A program made the translations under genes and the position numbers. Source: Takakia lepidozioides (Eukaryota; Plantae; Bryophyta). Taken from it: a stretch of DNA of 64,000 bases. Every line of letters starts with the position of its first letter. The first letter of the stretch is position 1. Below the pieces are notes generated by a model that did not search any database, had not been told where the DNA came from, and worked only from the letters and a program-made list of their open reading frames with translations. The stretch lies in assembly GCA_030704615.1 (NCBI GenBank), contig CM060733.1, positions 3,534,001 through 3,598,000 of the forward strand, written 5' to 3'. Positions 61,345 to 64,000 of the stretch are shown one piece after another.

Positions 61345-62173
61345 TCCTTCTAATTCTCCACCACCCCGACAGAAGCCTTATCACCGCCATTATCAACCTA
61401 GCCATCTCCATCAATAAACCCCTTCATTTTCTCAAAGTTCGTTCACACACAGGTATCCATGGCAACGAGGAGGCTGACCTCCTCGCCCAACTGGGTGCCT
61501 CCCAACCTACAATTGAACCCTCGGATGACCCTATACACATCGCTCATACCCACCCCTTTTGGCTGATACACCCAGTCCCTGACCCCCCAGAGCCCAGGCC
61601 AATCCGAAATCTTCTGACTACCCTGACTAAAGAAGCCAATAAAAAGGCCTCTACCTCTCTCAGCCACACCAAACTGCATATCCAAAAATAGGCCCTCTCC
61701 GATGTACTCCACCACAAGCTTTCCAACCACTTTTGGCACACCAAAACTGTATCAGATGCTCAAATCCGACAGACCCTTAAATTTCGATACGCCCAGTACA
61801 TGGGCCACCAACGCAAACACACCTTCTGGCCAGCCATATACCCCTCACCAAACTGCCATTTGTGCTCCCACATCCACGCCACACGTGATACTTGGTTCCA
61901 CCTTCTTAGCAAATGCCCCCACCCAGTAATTCACGGGCTTCGTATTGCACGACATAACCACGCTGTATGGCACTCCTACAACGCCGTAATGCAATTAGAT
62001 GGTTCTCACTCATCAATGCGGGAACCTACCAAGGACGGCCACCAGACCACACGGTACCTACGTTGCTACTTCCTTGTATATGTCGCCCCCACACATCATG
62101 TACATGCCCTTCCCGTCTCTCTCCGGATATCCTCGTAGTCCATAGGCTCCCCATCAATGCCCCACCACCCTAG
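61345..62173 (+). mobile_element. Non-LTR retrotransposon fragment: RNase H C-terminus, CCHC zinc knuckle, start of restriction-like endonuclease (Dualen/RandI-like)
   Basis: LHFLKVRSHTGIHGNEEADLLA (~61420-61487); CHLC..DTWFHLLSKC; IARHNHAV; RLSPDILVV. Confidence 0.75.
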
Positions 62174-62639
62174 GCACGGTGCAGTTATAGGGTACAGTTG
62201 CACCAAAACGATAAACTATAGGATCTATCTTGCCATACACTCAGAGAATTTTGTACAAAAGACAGACTCACTCGTGAAAGTAGATGCTGACATGACAATG
62301 GGGAATTTCGCATGAGAGATTAAAATTAAGTAGTAGTTCCGGGAGTGAGAGTTTCGTCTCGATAAATTATCCATGGGACATGACAACCTTTAAGGTCTCT
62401 TGGAGTCTCAATGCCCTTTTCTCAAGTCTATCATGGAAAGAGCCTAGTATCGTGTGAGCATAACGTGAGGAATCCCACGCCTATAGGGTAATGTATTTAT
62501 CATGTATAGGGGCCCCACTAAGAGCCTTCACTAAGCTCTATTCACAGACGTAATCTCACAAAAGCACCTCACGGAGAGTCTCTCTACTCATAGAAGTTAA
62601 TCACAAAAACTATGCACAGTTTCGGGGTGCTACACCCGG

Positions 62640-63160
62640 ACCTCCCAACCACCGCACCATGCATCTTTATTCAGATTTCCTGCTTATTTAGATATGCTCA
62701 AGGCGCATGTACACCATCGTCTCTACTCTAGCCATCTTGCCCTGTCCACCACCCCTAGTCTTGGATCATCTTCATGCTCACGAGCTTGCTTCATTTAACC
62801 TACAACTGTTGGTTTGGCAATATTCTAGCAGTCTCTTGTCATTCCGAACTGGTGGACAGGTCGACCTTCGTTCCTGGCACTTAACAAGCTCCCCCTCCCA
62901 AAGACAGGTCATTGTCCTCAATGACAGAAAACGAGGGGTAATTCAATACCAATTCATTTTCCTTCTCCCAAGTAGCCTCTGTCTCTGGGTAATGCAACCA
63001 CTTAATCAAATGTTCTTTCCAAGATTGGTTGCGCAGGTGCTTCACTCGCGTTTCTAGAATCTTTTCGGGTTCAGCCATCAGCTGACCATCGCTCATAGCT
63101 TGAGGTAATGTGGGCAAGATGTGTGATGGGTCTGACATATACTTCCGGAGAAGGCTCGAA
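62640..63160 (-). mobile_element. Chromovirus (Tekay-like) Gypsy 3' end: integrase chromodomain, PPT and start of LTR
   Basis: SLLRKYMSDPSHIL..EPEKILETRVKHLRN..HLIKW..EATWE..YPSF, then GGGAGGGGGAGC and TGTTAAG at 62886. The LTR's far boundary is uncertain. Confidence 0.85.
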
Positions 63161-64000
63161 ATATACGCATGCTCGCCTGCTCACGTGCTACCCAACCTCA
63201 AGTATAAATAAAGGTCCCAAATTCTGGCAGGGGCTATTCCTCAAGGTCTAAAAAAAGGAGAGGATTGGAACAACCAATGGGGAGGGAAGTTACATCTGTT
63301 GGAATGGGTGAAATGTGATGTCTTTCCAAAAGCAGGATGAGACGGTGACCCCTTTCTAGAAAGCTTGAGTATACAAAGAGGTCACCACCTTGAAAGGTAT
63401 ATAAAGATGTCGGCTATAAAGATCACATGTTTCGTGGGCCAAGTAGCCCCATTAGAATAAATAAATTTGGAACCTAAACAATCTTCAAATGAATGGAAAT
63501 GTCAATAACTAATTAAACATGTATTCAAAACATATTAGAGAGAGAGAGAAGACTCCGGCCGAGGCCGACGTAACTAAGAGCCACTTCGCCTTGTGGCTAC
63601 TGCCCCTTTTCAGGGGTGGGCCCTATGTAAAAATAACTGGTGTCTAGGGGACACCAAGTAACCAGTCTGGGGGTGGTATCCATAGAGACGGTACCGCATG
63701 GTACCCAAGGAGGGCACCCCATGGGTGCCTGCCGGGTATCCATATATATGTATCTAGGAGGCAAGAGCAGGGTTTGATTCGAGTTGTCGTTTGTTGGTGA
63801 TGATAGCAGTGAGAGAACGGAGGGTCGTGAGGTGGAGGGCCTTGAAGCATTTATGGATGGAAATGATGGGGAGATTAAAATTATTTTGAAGTTCAGAGAT
63901 GTTGGCATTGTGGATGCCCCCTCTGGTGCCGGCATTGATGACAGTGAGGGGCCTGTGGCCCATCCCCTCCGGCGGATAGCAATAATGAGTGGTGCATATT

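Overview
Eukaryotic, intron-rich land-plant nuclear DNA. A bryophyte-grade genome such as a hornwort is my inference from gene and TE types; it cannot be proven from the sequence. Three apparently intact host genes lie on the + strand: a 13-exon ZnF-UBA-PUB protein (25283-32610), a DUF455 ferritin-like protein (~49974-53439) and an F-box/LRR-like protein (55952-60375). There is also a GDSL-lipase pseudogene. The rest is nested transposons. (1) A MULE/SWIM transposase gene (-) is split in-frame by a full-length 12.8-kb non-chromovirus Ty3/Gypsy element (4536-17372), which carries an extra ORF before gag and a very long one after pol. (2) A Gypsy-like polyprotein fragment has an aspartic protease followed by a C5 cytosine DNA-methyltransferase motif I (19.7-21.2 kb). 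(3) An internally deleted Gypsy element has an integrase ending in a PHD finger (39.9-42.2 kb), and its short LTR recurs inverted 1.65 kb away. (4) A Harbinger transposase pseudogene converges on a double FCP1/NIF-phosphatase-domain gene. (5) There is an RNaseH-CCHC-RLE (Dualen-like) LINE fragment and a chromovirus 3' end. The best candidate for an unusual system is a retrotransposon family carrying its own epigenetic writer (DNMT) and reader (PHD). Many TE frameshifts are single-base indels and may be long-read assembly errors.
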